Shown: positions 10,672 through 23,945, counted from the stretch's first letter. The stretch is DNA of 64,000 bases from Rhodosorus marinus CCMP1338 (GCA_029953675.1 JAMWBK010000004.1:620001-684000), one strand, 5' to 3'. Made by a program: numbers and translations. Notes: generated from the letters alone by a model not told the origin.

Positions 10672-11000
10672 GTCAGTATGAGACGTCGCAAAGAGTTGAA
10701 ATAGGCGGGGGGCTTTGTCTTCCCCAGGCATTCGTGCTTCGGTTCCAGGTCATCCCCAGGTACCTCCGGTCATCCGGTGCTTCGGAATTTCCATAGATTC
10801 CTTTGGTTCCAGCTGGCTTCGGGAGTTGTTCCGGGAACGCCCTGAGCGGCTCTTTTTGCTGTTTACCGTCTTAGGTTTCTTGTTGCGGCGTCTGAATGCT
10901 ACTTTGATGTTGGAGGTGCGCAATCTTCGCCGCGCATAGTCTTTTTTTTGCCCCGGGGTTTTTTCTTTCAGTCTCCGGTTAAGCAATTTTCATTCATTCG
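10672..11000 (+). mobile_element. RLE LINE 3' fragment, family B (degenerate)
   Basis: cagtatgagacgtcgcaaagag...SWLRELFRERPERL...LEVRNLRRA; cattcattcg tail. Confidence 0.8.
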
Positions 11001-11220
11001 AATGAAGAACAAATTACTGCATGTGATCAAAGAACTCTGACATTTGCCCGCGCGAAATTGTGAAGGGGGCGGCACTCCGACCAGGAGGGGTACCACGTAA
11101 ACAGAAAATAGGAGTTGGAAAAAGTGTCAAAAAGTGGAAGAGGTGTAAAATTCGCAAGAGCGTACCTAATAGAATTGGAGTTCACCCTTCTTGCGAAGGT
11201 CATCCGGTAATGCGAAAGTC

Positions 11221-13760
11221 TGTGACACCCCTCCCCCGAGGTGAGATCAGGGATAGTACTCTAAACCTCGTGGTTTGCTATTAGTAAACCACGAGGTTTA
11301 GAGTTTGGGGTTCGTTAGTCTGGGTTCGTTAGTCTAATACCCAGTAAAACCAGTCTGGGGTACTAGAGGAGAAGGTAGTGGAACAGGGAATAGAATAAAA
11401 GAACGGAGGTTCTTTGGGTTGGGTTAAGACAGCAGGTTTCATCCCTGCGTCTGGTTTTGACTACCTTCGGCATAGAGTCGGTGGGTTTCATCCTCGCGAT
11501 CTTTGTCATTGGAGACCTTTTAGAGTGGTGATACCCCGCTCCAGGTCTACTACCTTGTTAAGAGGGCTTTTTAAAAATAGTACCATTTACATTGATCAAT
11601 GAGAGTACATCTCCTGACTACTTGTAAGGACTCGTATCGAATGGTGGTGCTTGAGACTGAGAGGCTTGAAGGGTTACTCAGTTTTAGGATGGCAGGTGAG
11701 ACCGATGGGGACCGGGAACCGAGCTGGCACTCGGCAGCAAGTAGGGAGAGCTTGAAGAAGAACCTTCCGTGAATGCCTCCAGGCTCCACGGAGGAGCACT
11801 CGAAGCTTCAATATGCAGTAGGGACCTGGCTGCGAGGGAAGCTTCAGGGAGAACCGCTAAAGGAAGAGCTTCATTCCTCGTAATACCCATTATGAAATTC
11901 TAAGCATGGACAGATTATGCCTCAGCTATTGTGCTGAGCCAGTTCCTCGAAAGCAACGGCATCGCTGTGGTTAAGAGGCCGAGGCTGAACATCCAAAGAC
12001 GGTTGGCATCTCTTTGGGGAGAGCTTCCTCCGGGGTCCACTAGAGGACCTAGGTCGAACCTCCCCTTCTATGCACAGTCGCTGGAAGAGGTAAAGCTAAG
12101 GTCTCGGTCAAAGACGAAGTCGGAGAGGTTTACCTCTCCGGCACGAGGAAATTCATGGTGGTCGATCCCCGGAAGCTGGCAAGGCCGAAAGGCACTTGTT
12201 TCAACTGTGTATCGCTGGTCGCTGGCACAGCGAATGTCGCAAACCCAGAAGGCTTGATCCAGCGAGCGGCAGAAGGGAGGTTGCGACAGCGGCCTAACTG
12301 GTGGAGAGAATTGGCCTCGCATCGTGCGGGAAACGCTCTCGATCTTTCAGGTGCAGAGCTGCGGGAGGTGCAGGCAGTCTACTATGCCATGAGGGCGATA
12401 AGGAGGGTGAGGAGGATGTCCCTGACGTATTTCTCTTGGACGTCTCGGTCAATGCGGCAAAGTTTTCGGAGTCGCTCTTCAAAGGAATTATATTGGATAC
12501 TGGCGCTCCGGTTTCGGTGCGGGAGACAGACAGTTGTTGCCTCAAAAAACTGTGCCAGGAGCAGTAGCTGGAGAGAGGTCAAAAACTTTGTAGAGAGCTT
12601 TCGTTTCGAGAGAAAGATACTCGCAAGCACTACGCTGATGCGAGTAACCATTCCATGTGGAAGTCGAAAGATGACATTCGAAGTTTTTGTGCTCCAAGAG
12701 AGAGCTTGCCAGTGCTCTTGGGGCTGCAAGATCAAAACAAATGGGCACATCACTCACCGTAAAGACCAGCAGCATCTTGGTGAGAAGTTATGTTTTAGGA
12801 GAAGTGGACCTACGCGAGGGAGCGGACCAAAGAACGTCGTTGGAGTTTTTCCTTCGGACGGATGTCTGAAAGCGCGATGCAGCCCGACCACTTGATCATT
12901 CTCGTAGTTCACTTCCTCCGCGCCAAATAGAACATCCTGGAAATCCTTCAGATAATGGATGAAAAGCAAAAGGGGTGAGAAAGAAAATTGCATCAGTCAG
13001 CAAGGAATGCAAGTTCTGTCAGGATTTTGGCAGAAAACACATTCTGCCGAAGGGTACAATGGTGGACGACATCGCAATCGGTCATCGAGCGCAGCCGGGT
13101 GTATTCTACGTGGAGGGCGAATCGTTTCTGCACATGCTGGGTGAGGGACGAGATTCGGAAGGATGACTTAGCTCAATGGTATGAGCAATGGCCAGGTTTG
13201 GAACACCTTCTTCGAACTCTGGGGGCTATCGTTTTTCGGTTTACCCAATATTGTTAAGGTCGAAGCTGGAAACTAGTTTAAGGAAACTAATCTTCGAAGA
13301 ACTGTGCCGATATTTCGGAATAAGAATTGAAAAGGCTGCAATGTATGCTAGTAAAGTCCATGTAAGGTCCAGTCCATGTAACGTTGAGAGGTACCATGGG
13401 GTGATACAGGATGGAGCTTTGAAGCTGCAGGACGATCCTGACTGCAGTGTGTCTGGAAAAGCTTGTGGTGTGGGCCAGTTCGCCGTCAACCCACTAAGCA
13501 TGACAGAGGGTCACTCACCTGTCAGTTTGGTGTTTGGCTTTACAGTCAACTATCGTGATGCGGAATTGAGAGAAAAGGTCGGCGTCACTGACAGAGGATA
13601 CGTTAGGGACAGGCGGCGAACCAAACACTTTTTCAGCGACATATTACGGTCAGGATCGTCCTGCAGCTTCAGAGCTCCATCTCGTATCCGCCTCACGGTA
13701 CCTTGGTAAACTCCCTTAAAGTAGGATCCGTGCGAGTTATTTACGTGGGCGTCGATCGTG
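11221..13760 (+). mobile_element. Decayed Ty1/copia-like LTR retrotransposon (gag knuckle, protease, integrase)
   Basis: Frameshifted CFNC...ECRKP knuckle (~12195-12250); protease GIILDTGAPVSV (~12480-12520); integrase CKFCQ (~13005), FEELCRYFGI...VERYH and GHSPVSLVFG (13290-13540). The protease-integrase order is copia-like. A possible LTR runs from TGTGACA at 11221 to ~TTACA at 11590 (uncertain). Confidence 0.65.
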
Positions 13761-14113
13761 CAAAGTGCTAGCTATGGTTCGCAGGAAAACTAAGGCTTGG
13801 TTCTCTCGGTTTGGCCTAGCCTTGAGCCTCTCAGGGTTTTTATTCCTGAACAAACGATGGAGGAATTTGAATCAAAAACTAGTGATCACTACCGCTCGCT
13901 GCACAGAGGTGTGCTTCTTTATCCAAACCCTATCACCACCACAGCTTACAAAACGCAGTCCTTCCAAAGAAAAAGAAATACGAGATTGAGGGAAAAGTAA
14001 CTGCCGGGGAGATGTCACGCACACATGCATATCTAACCGAAAGCTCATCCCCAAAATTTGCCTCCCGTTCGCTTTCAATCACTTTTTCCTGGTTCAATTC
14101 ATTCCTGGCGCTA

Positions 14114-14441
14114 GCTGCCAGTATGAGACGCCGCAAAAAGGTGAAATATGCAGGGGCTTTGTCTTCCCCAGGCGTTCGTGCTCCGGCTCTAGCTCATCGC
14201 CTGGTACCTCTGGTCATTTAGTGCTTTGGGTTTATGGATTCCGTCGGTTCTCGTTGGTTTCGGGAATTGTTCTGCGGACGCCCTGATCGTCTCTCCTCGT
14301 CGTTTAACCGTGTTTAAGTTTCTTGTTGTGGCGTATGAACGGTGCCTTGATGTTGGAGGCCCGCGCAATCTTCACAACGCACAGTCTTTTTTTCCCCTCG
14401 TTTTTTTTTGCTTTCAGTCTCCGGTTAAACAAATTTCATTC
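14114..14441 (+). mobile_element. RLE LINE 3' fragment, family B
   Basis: ASMRRRKKVKYAGALSSPGVRAPALAHRLVPLVI*; family B 3' UTR and cattc tail. Confidence 0.8.
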
Positions 14442-16368
14442 GGACTATCACTTAGCAACGCCCCAGGGTAAGCCTACAAACTGGATCCACCAACTTGCTC
14501 TCCATCCGCCCTCCATCCAAATAGGCTGGAATGAGCTAGCTAGAGAACTTCCCAATACTAGCCCACGTAAAATGTTACTAAAACTAACGAAAAAACGTCA
14601 GAACAAGAAAACCAAAAAAAAAAAAAATTCGTGCTCGGAAAAATGTAAACGTACCGCTCCAGCTCCACCTTCCTCGCCCCCCCGTCAAACCAATGCATCC
14701 ACGAGTTACCTGAACAAATAAAAAATGAAACAATAGCAGGGTGGAACTGCTTAACTATTTCCTGCCCTTTAAACAAGAAACATTGAAGGTGATGTGAGAA
14801 GAGATTTCCTGGGCGGGAAATGTGGCATTGAGGCAATACCAAATGAAGACTTTTCAAAAGGCCCTTCCAGACGAGCTCCTCACCTTCCTTTTGCAAACAA
14901 CCAAACCTCTCAACATCAAGCATTGGGGAAAGCATTGGGGCATCAGAATCTTGACGATCGGGGTTGAAATCGCCGATATGGCTTTCCAATGAGGTCAATG
15001 GGACATTAAAAGCCATAGAAAGATTTCAGTAGACACGCCGTTCTTCAGTTTGGGCAATTGGGACATGCCCAGTTGAGCAGCCGTTCTTTCCTCCATCAAA
15101 AACTTGATCACTAACCCAAGTGGAGGATTGATGGTCCTATGCGACCTATCCCACTGACAAAGAATTCCTTGACTCATTTTGGCCAACACCTTCGATCCTT
15201 TGCGCGATAAGTGCCTCTCGCACTTATGCCTGTTCTTGGTTGTCACTGCTCAGGGTACTTTGGCTCTTGAGATTTAACAGGATGATGGTCTTCAAGCTCA
15301 CCCATGCGGGCAACAAACCTTACCCCACTTCAACCCTCTCAAGTCTCAAGAATTCTTCTCAGTCTCCTTGTCAACCAATTCCCCCGTAAAAAGTCCCCCT
15401 TTTGTTCTCACTCGTCTACCGACCTTTTCCCCCTGAACATTGTGGAAATTTTTACTGCATTTCCTACATCAAACACGGCGAGCGTTACAATGAATAATAA
15501 AAATAATATATATGTTGAATTATCGCATCTAATTATTAGCACAATTCAATATTATCCTCGAATTTCCCCAACGTCATGAGAGCAAGGTCCTCAGGTTGAT
15601 TGAAACCGGTGAATCCAATCAACAAAATGGTGGTGTCTAAGGACTAAGGGCGCAGCCATCGAACCGTGGGTCACCCGAACTAGCACGGGGGGATTATTAT
15701 TATCGAACTAGAGGAGTTTAGTTTGTCGGATTAATGGGCGATATTGTCGAGGCCTGTGTCGGATTTCATTCTTGCACGCCTGTTTCGGGTTGAGCGTTTT
15801 CCAGAGTGCTAAGACCCACCACCGAGCAAAATAGATTTTAGATGCGCCTTTATAGCGGGTGGCGGAAAGTGCACAAGAGGAGAAGTTCTCCCATGGAGGA
15901 GAAGGATGCACGGATCGCTGGACAATAAATATCATACGCTCACCCCCTCCCCCATCTGTTTAACCACTACTCACCACCTTCCTCACCCCCGACTCCTTTC
16001 TCGCCCCCCCGCTCCCCCCCACCCGACATCAGATAGGTACTTCGTCAGAATCCAGAGAAAATGTCTCTATAGGACAAGTGTCAATAGATAATCTATGGTC
16101 AAATACATTCTTAATTTAATACAATTGGGAACAATCTACTGTCGTTTTGAATGAAAAATCCATTTGCGGACATCAAAATATTGAAAATAAATAAATGATG
16201 ACGTCACAGCGAAAAACGACGACTTTATCGCCGTGTTTTGGAGGGAGAATGTTGTGAACTCTGTGCCATTCGTTGCCAGCCCATTTATTGATGTTCTCGG
16301 CAAGGAAAAAGACAAAAGCTAAAAAACCATTTATGACGTTGTCATTTTTGCATTTGGAGATTACTTTC

Positions 16369-16686
16369 GAACGAACGAATGATTTAATCGGAGGCTGAAA
16401 AAAAACACCCCGAGAGGAAAAAGGACTAAGCGCGGCGAAGTACTCGCGCCTCCAACATCAAAGCGGCATTCATGCGCCACAGCAGGAAACTTAAGCGGGT
16501 AAACAACGATTGAAGACGGTCAGGGCGTTCGCGAAACAACTCCCGAAGCCAGCGAGAACCAACAGAGTCCATGAACCCAAAGCACTCAATGATCAGGGGT
16601 ACCAAGCGATGTGCTAGTGCCGAAGCACGAACACCAGGGGAAGACAAAACCCCCGCGTATTTGATCTCTTTGCGGCGTCTCATGCT
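16369..16686 (-). mobile_element. RLE LINE 3' fragment, family B, with 10-bp target-site duplication
   Basis: Near-identical to 9200-9517; gattactttc occurs at 16359-16368 and 16687-16696. Confidence 0.88.
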
Positions 16687-17429
16687 GATTACTTTCACCG
16701 CATTTCTCTAATAGTCTAAATCAAAGAACGAATGAAGCATATTTTTATGCCACCCTATAGCAATTGGTTGAAGCGGGCGATGTAACAGCACATGAGTTGT
16801 TAGACATAATGAACTTATTTTAAATGATGGAATCTCCCTGGAATTCCGCCCTTCAAATGGACATCGGTGCGTTTTAGGTTGTCCAGTCCTATCAGTCGAG
16901 GTTCTGGTTCACAAGAGAGGTGAACGCTGGGCGTTGCGCGATGTGCATAATTGTTTTTAGATATTTTGATTTTGTTGTATTCGGTTTTTTGGGGAGGGGG
17001 GTACCTAATTTTTTTTGCTTTGATTGGTGCGGGTTTCACGTTAGCATGGACTGAGTAAGACCCTTTGGGTGGGCGGCGGCTTGCCCCACCCAAAACAAGT
17101 ATCTCACGAAGATTAGACCCGCAAAAAGAGGATCCGAGGAACATCCAAGAACACGAATTCCTTAGTTCCCGCATCTCATGCCGCAAGACTCGGTTTCTGC
17201 GTTCCCTGGAAAGGCCACCCTTAATTCCGTGCTCGGAACGTTGTTACCCTCTGTTCGCTGCTTTACAGTGTGTTATCCAATTACTTCCGAATGAAAACCG
17301 GCTACTACCAAGTCGCTGTTGTCCGATTTTGAAGTTAAAATAGATGCTTGTTTATCCGTTGATATTGGATATCGGATAGCAGGCCAACAACAACAGTTTA
17401 TTCAGAGGTTGTCTACCCCGAAGAGCGGA

Positions 17430-17545
17430 AAAGAAGACGCTTACGATGTGCGTTCAACAACAAAGCAGCATTCGAACGCCAGAGAGTCAGAAACAGTTCC
17501 GAGAGGAAGCGGTCAAGACGGAAGGGGGTATTGCGAAAACACAGA
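17430..17545 (-). mobile_element. RLE LINE C-terminal fragment, family C
   Basis: TPFRLDRFLSELFLTLWRSNAALL; DNA match to 44105-44190 (ccgtcttgac...ctgactctctggcgt). Confidence 0.65.
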
Positions 17546-18708
17546 TCAAAACTGAGTAGAAAATTGCTCACCACCTTTCTCCCCAGCCCAAATTTTCCTC
17601 TCCCTCTCTCACACCTCATACAACCATGGACATCGCGATACCCTGTCAGATCTCTGGTGAACTTCTCGTAAGACACGTGTCTACACATAATCAGTCTTTT
17701 CGCAAAGCATATCAAATTCTATTGGCGAACGCATTGTTAACTTGACATCAAATAGAAAGTCTGACATCCGATGCTAAATTGACTAGTTTTTGGCTGATTA
17801 ACGATCTCTACTGATGTTCTGAATAAAATCATTTGCGGCATCAGAACATTGAATAAAACAAAAGATGACGTCAATGGTAGTCTTTGGGCGTCAGTGGCTG
17901 GAAAACGAAGCGGAGGAGGGGGGGAACAAAAACCAAAAAATGTGAAGCTCCAAACTCGTTTTTCCAGTTTCGCCAACCTTTTTTTTTCTCCTTTTTTTCA
18001 GAGATGCTTCTTCACCCTATCCGAAAAGTTTCCATATGAGAATATGTGAATTGTTTTTATTTTTTCTCAATCTACTAAAAATCTAATCTACTCTTCGACG
18101 TCTACTAAACAACCACCCCCTTTTTCTAACCCCCGCCTCCTCCTCCTCCTCCTCCTCCCGCTCTACCCTCTATTCTATGGGCTCTTAAAAGTTTAAAAGG
18201 TTCATATTATCGGTTTCCAACGGTTTCCAACGTTTCTTTGACGGTTCAACCCCGTTTCTTTCGCTACGCTTATTTAAGGCCACTTTTCGTTCTTTCTTTT
18301 TTTGTTAGCCCAGTTATCCCCTCCAAACACATATTTCAATTTAAATATTAGAACGTCGACCCTTTTCAACACAACCATCCCTAGTCATTGGTTCCTCTCA
18401 ATTTTTAGCCGGAAGTACTATAATTTGGATGTCAAAACCTGTTTTAGAATTAATTTCTAAATTATGACATAGTACGTGATTTGTTTTCGTTGGATTGATA
18501 GAAAGCCTCCCAGGTTTGGCTTGTTTATGATAGTACTCGCCGGGTTTTATTTTGTCTATATGGAGACGCCGGAGGTGGACCATGTGGGTCGATGGTGTGG
18601 GTTGAGAGAGGGAGAGTTGAGGTCTACGCGTGCGTGTTCATTAACATAAAGGGATGGGAGATAATTAGAAATGTGTTTGTGTGTATGTGTGTGAATATTA
18701 TAGTATTT

Positions 18709-19023
18709 ATGAATGGCGGAGAGAAAATGACAGAACTTGGAGAAACGATGGTGGAAAGGCAGCCGAATAAGATGGACATTGAGTTTTTGACGAACAGGGC
18801 TGGGCCGAGTAAGGTTGCTCTGTATGCTTGTCCGGAGTGCACGAGGGAATTTGTGAAGTCGTCTACGATGAAGGACCACCTTAGGACGCATACGAATGAG
18901 CGGGTGTACAAGTGCGTGGAGGAGAAATGCGGGAAGACGTTCAAGTGGAGGTCGAGCCTCTCGCAACATAGGAGAAGTCACCTCAGAAGTAGTAAAGGGG
19001 GTATTAGGAAACTGAAGCAGTAA
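18709..19023 (+). CDS. C2H2 zinc-finger protein (2 fingers), 104 aa
   Basis: CPECTREF...HLRTH-TNERVYK-CVEEKCGKTF...HRRSH. The first in-frame ATG is at 18709; the TTG start in the track is not supported. Confidence 0.85.
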   Translation: MNGGEKMTELGETMVERQPNKMDIEFLTNRAGPSKVALYACPECTREFVKSSTMKDHLRTHTNERVYKCVEEKCGKTFKWRSSLSQHRRSHLRSSKGGIRKLKQ

Positions 19024-19679
19024 GTGGACTGAAATGCTGCCACTCGGAGCGTGGATTCAGAGGCTCCTACTCAGCGCTCGCCCGGAGGGAGGTTGACCAT
19101 TCTTGAACCAGAACGGAAAGTATAGGCCCGCGGAGCTGGGTTCCAACTGAGAAGAGATGTAGTTACGGGCATCTAGTACGTCTATCTTTCCCCCCCCCTT
19201 TTCCTTTCCCAGCTGCTGAATCTGCTCCTCAAATGTAGTGAATTAGATCAACTTGGGTGGCGTCACTCCTCTGGAGTTTTGAGTACAGTAATCCCCACCC
19301 ATGCAAGAAATTCTCTGTAAGTATGTTTGAAAATTTCGCTGTGGTTTCCCACGCGCTATTGCAAAGACGAGAAAGAAACTCTCGCGTTGAAAAGTTATTG
19401 TATTGCGGGTATTTCGTCAAAAAATATAAGCCATAGAGCCGACTGTTCGATTTGCTCTCTTCCTCTGAACTTTCATTGCCCAACTTAACGCGACGGAATA
19501 CCTTTCCAACCTTGTTGTACGACTTTCAAGCCCTTCTTCAAGCTGCTTCGGATATGCACGTGCTCTCAAACGTTCAACCGGTGCTACGCCTCATTTTCAT
19601 GGGTTGTCATCTGTTCCTCTCAAATGCTTGTTATAGTTCGCATGCTTCGGAGTCCAAAACATACATCACTTCACACTGA

Positions 19680-21130
19680 ATCTCGCGACGCAGAATTTGA
19701 CACCCGTTTTCGGGTCGGGAAACCTCTGAAAGGCGCATATCTCGGTGTCGGGAGCTGGTCACTATTGATCAGACCCGTTTCTTCATACTCGTGAATGTTC
19801 TTCAACGGTCTCCCTTCGAATGGACTGAAGGTGTAGAGTCGTAGCCTACGATGCCGAATTGCAGAAACAGGTTTGTTTGCTTCTCTGCATGAATCCACTC
19901 CATCGAGACCCTTCAATGCCTGCATCGTGGGAAAGCGCGGGGTGATCGCACACTTGTTAGCCAGGAGGTAACACCTCCGGTGGAAGCTGGCTTTGCTGCA
20001 GCACTGTTCTTTCAGCAGAATCTCAGAGAGCACAATTTAGACTTTTTGCACTGCTAAAGACGTCGCAGGTACGGCTTTCAAGGGTGTTCTACGGCAATAC
20101 AACCAGAGAACAACAACAAACCCGCCGGGAACGGTGGCGTTGCATCGGACCCGGTCAGAGCTTCGCGGACGCGTCCAATGGGTGCGCATCTTCTCCCCTC
20201 AAGCAGGCTTTTCGAGATATGCAGTGTCTAGATAAGAAGAATCTTCTGTCCCCATTCCACGTTAAAGCTTGAAACGCTTCCAGGCTCAAGCTTTCAAGGC
20301 TCGCCAACCCGCTTGCTTTGTGTAAACTAGTACGATAGTAGCATATGCCGTTTGCCCTTAGTGCACTGTAATACATCCAATCAAACGCAACTTTAAGATA
20401 ATACAGAACTATAAACCAATAAACAAGTATTTCCTGACCTAGAATTGCGTATTGGCCAATTATAATTCCCTAAGATCAGGAAAGAAGGAATTCTTGACCA
20501 ATTATTGCTTCGTATAAGCATGAGTTTGGGCCATGAGCTCGCAGTTCAGTAGCTGGCGAATTGCGAGCTCGTGTCCCGTTTACTGTCCCTTTTGCGGAAA
20601 AGGCCTGCGCAGAATTCTACACGAGCGCTCTGAGAATGAGATCCATGGTTTCGCCACCAGTGCAACGCCGCGGGTCCTGCGTTCAGGCTGCGGTTGTTTT
20701 AGTGGAAGGGAGCCTGCTTTTATAGCTTCAAGTAAACGACATAATTAGGGTTGTCCTATCGGCAGGCAAATAGCAATTTGCTTCGTACAAGTTTGAGCCC
20801 TGTGCTGTTCCGCTTGCTGGCGAACTGGAGGGCTCGTGTCACCTTTACGGCGCGTTCTTGACATGGGCTCGGGCTATACTGCAGGAAGGTTTTGAGAATG
20901 AGATGATCGTCGATCGGGCATGAGGCTATCCATAGTTTGTCCACCAGTGCAACGTCGCAGGTCCTGCGTTCCGGCGATGGATTTTCGAGTGTAAGGCCAG
21001 TCTCGATTATAGCTCCAAATAAACTGCATAATTGAATTTGTTTATTGAATGAATGGGCGCCGCTAAGGAATTTGATAAACCAATCGGTAGGTAGATAAGA
21101 ATATATTAAATACCGACCGCGCTGGTAAAA
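19680..21130 (-). pseudogene. Decayed gene with internally repeated protein segments (family unknown)
   Basis: QLCSLFGAIIETG...PERRTCDVALVDKLW (~20930-21040) is repeated as *LCRLLEAIKAG...PERRTRGVALVAKPW (~20640-20750); a possible third RTCDV at ~20060; stops and frameshifts throughout. Confidence 0.35.
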
Positions 21131-21399
21131 GGTAGAAAACGACCTTAATTTCACGGATTTGATCGGTCTCAGTAACGACCCCAAAAACAGTGAGAGATAA
21201 ATACCTAGCCGATAAACATCCATATAGGTATCGGAATAAATGCCGATCTCAACGTACATTCCGACCATCCCAACCAACTGGTACCCAAAGGCCCCCGCTT
21301 TAAGTACTACCCCCAACGGTAAGAAGCTCCTTTTTGGATGACTGAAACAGTAATTGAACTCTAATTCAAGCACTGAGATATTGACTGAACCTGGGCATC

Positions 21400-21990
21400 C
21401 TCGCGTCCTCGGGCCTCGGGAGGACCGGCAAGTGGAAGAGCACGTGGTTATGGAGGAAACAAAGCGACGTTTTGTCTTTCAATTGGAATATCTTCATACC
21501 CCCTTGTTCTTCTTGTCATCTTTTCCAGACTTGAGTACCGGCCAGCCGCTTACTTCGTAAGTCCACGAGTGGCCAATTGTATTTCCCTGGCCTCGGGAAC
21601 AACATAGGCTTTCATCATGTGAAGGACCTCTGCTATGTATAGTCCTCTACGTTCCCGGTTCCCTCACCAGTGAACTCGGGGGGTACCGCTTAGGGAGGTG
21701 GCTAGACCGGTCTTCTTGTGATAGAAGAGCGTGGGTCATCCGTTGCGTTGTCTGTTCTTGTCTGTCAAGGATTTGCCCAATGGCCTGCAGAACCTGAGTT
21801 AGTTCGGGGTTCTGCTCCATTTCCCTCCACCAGCTGTACGTTTAGCCACTTGTATTTTCCTTGCCTCGGGAACCTCGTGCTTTTATAACATGATTGACCT
21901 CTTTCCGGTTCCTTGTGAACTCTGGGGAACGCTTGGACAGATGCTTACACCGGTTTTCTTGAGATAGCCTACTGATTAGATCTAGAATAT
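21400..21990 (-). mobile_element. Retrotransposon gag-like remnant with a partial tandem duplication
   Basis: MEQNPELTQVLQAIGQIL...PEFTGEGTGNVEDY...YVVPEAREIQLATRGL, broken by stops and frameshifts. The P-x-F-x-G pattern fits Ty3/gypsy-type gag. gttcccgaggc..gaaaatacaa occurs twice on the minus strand. Confidence 0.45.
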
Positions 21991-23945
21991 GTTTTGGGAT
22001 TTTCTCAGCCCCCGCGGAAAAGGGTTGGTGCACCCAGGCTAACGTAGATGCGAGTTTGATATGGGGTTAAGGAGACGTAGAAAGAACAAGGTTGAACGCG
22101 GAGTAGATTTAAGTGTTCCCGTTTAGAAGGTTCCAAAGGCAGAGAAAAGAAAGAGATGAGGTTTATTCGTTTGGGAAACAAATTAGAGCCACATTGGAGA
22201 TGGGTCCAATATCCTGATACCAAAGCAGAGGTGTTTATGGAATAGGGAGAGGAAAAAAATTAAATACCCCATTCGCTTTTGTCTCGTAATGCTCCTGTTC
22301 GCCTAGGCTGTTTGGGGAGCCAGTAGCAAAGAAATCGAGGAGTTGACTGGGTTCGACGAAGGTCCAGTCCCCAAAAACTATTCCGAGGAACTCCAGAACT
22401 CGTTTGCTGTTGTATTTCTTCTCAGGGCAAAAAAAAAAATACCTGTGGGTATTTGGTTTCCGCGGAGGGAACAACCCCAACAAAAGTTAGGCTCCCCACC
22501 ACAAATTATCATAATCAACCGCGACCAGCAAGCCGTGTAGTAGCTCTTTCTGTTATCACCGCCACTTCAACCACACTAATCAGCTGGGTGTGCTATCACC
22601 GCCGCTCAACAACACCACCACACACACAGTCGAGTTGGAGATAACCAAAAACAGTATTCCCGAAGAAACTATGCCCGGCGTCCGCTCGGAAGGCTCTCAA
22701 ATTGCAACACAGAACATCGGCAATCTAAGAATCTGCAAACCAGAAAAAAAACAAAACAAAAAAACAGGCCAGCGCCGAGCACAACCCCGTTCTTCGTCCG
22801 TCATGCAAAGCCACTACTGCGGACGATCATTCTTTCAAGTCAAACACCCACAACGCCACTTGCAAAACATACGAATAAACGGAAACGTACAACGATATTT
22901 CCCATACCGCAACTCGGTTCACCCCATATGAACTCCGGTTCCAACCCCCAAAAAGGGAACCAACTCAAGAAACGGGGACGCAAAGTTCACACTCAACCGA
23001 AAACCGCCAAGAGCTCCTGCCTCTTTCGATGCTCCCTTCGCATTGCCAAACGCGGCGTTACTCCAAGAGGGCTAGCCAAACCACCCCCCTTCGCCCATCC
23101 GAGAAATCACAAAACAGGGAAAAGCGTGGGTCCTCCCCACTGTAATCATCAGAATCATCCAACCAATTACGGCTCGTCTTCTGTGGTCTCTAGCAAATTA
23201 CATTGAAGTATCCATTCAAGCAAATATTATGTTTATTCGTAGAATTTATGTTGCTTGCGGTTCTCTAGCGAGCAACAAGAATTTAGCTGGAAACTATTGA
23301 AACCAATACAACGTAGTTATTGATTGGAGTAAACTATATTGTAATAAATTATATATTCTTATAGTCTGTATTTATTAAATATTATCCATGTCATTCACAA
23401 TATAACCAATAATAGCTTCTTTGAATAAGCATAACCTCTAAAGTTCAAAACTTAATTATGTAACGAATCTATTTAAACCAATTATATAGCTTTATAGCAG
23501 ATGCTTACCAATTAGATGCTGGAAACGCAGGAGCCATTTTTTGTGTTTTTGTAATGTTTTGAGTAGTGGGTTCTTGCCTTCAGGGTTTAGCAGCTTCGGG
23601 AGGGAGCCTAGTAGAACTTGCGCGAGCACTGGGAGACTCCGAAATTTTGATGAAGGACGATAAATCTAGTCCTCAGTGAATACTAGAACTCTTCCTGAAG
23701 GTCGCTGTGTTCTATGGACTATTTAGACTCCGATCCCAGAGGGGGCACGGCTGCTGAAGCCCTTCGAGGTCATCACGGAATCCTTTATCGTGAACGGGCC
23801 TGCGGCGTTACTGAAAGGAAAAGAGAGGGATCGAGATATCTAGACTGGTAACAGAGGAGATCATAGGACCTGACCATGGATTCGTCCTGATCAGGGTACA
23901 GAGCATGACCAGGAATGCCGATCAGATCGGCTGCGGTCGACCCCG

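Noticed and set aside
14558-15246. Possible F-box-like pseudogene (MSQLPKLKNGVSTEIFLW)
   Set aside because: Single weak motif, broken frames, no supporting domain.
16068-16760. Possible MITE bounded by CTATAGG inverted ends around the 16.4-kb LINE stub
   Set aside because: Only a 7-bp inverted match and no TSD.
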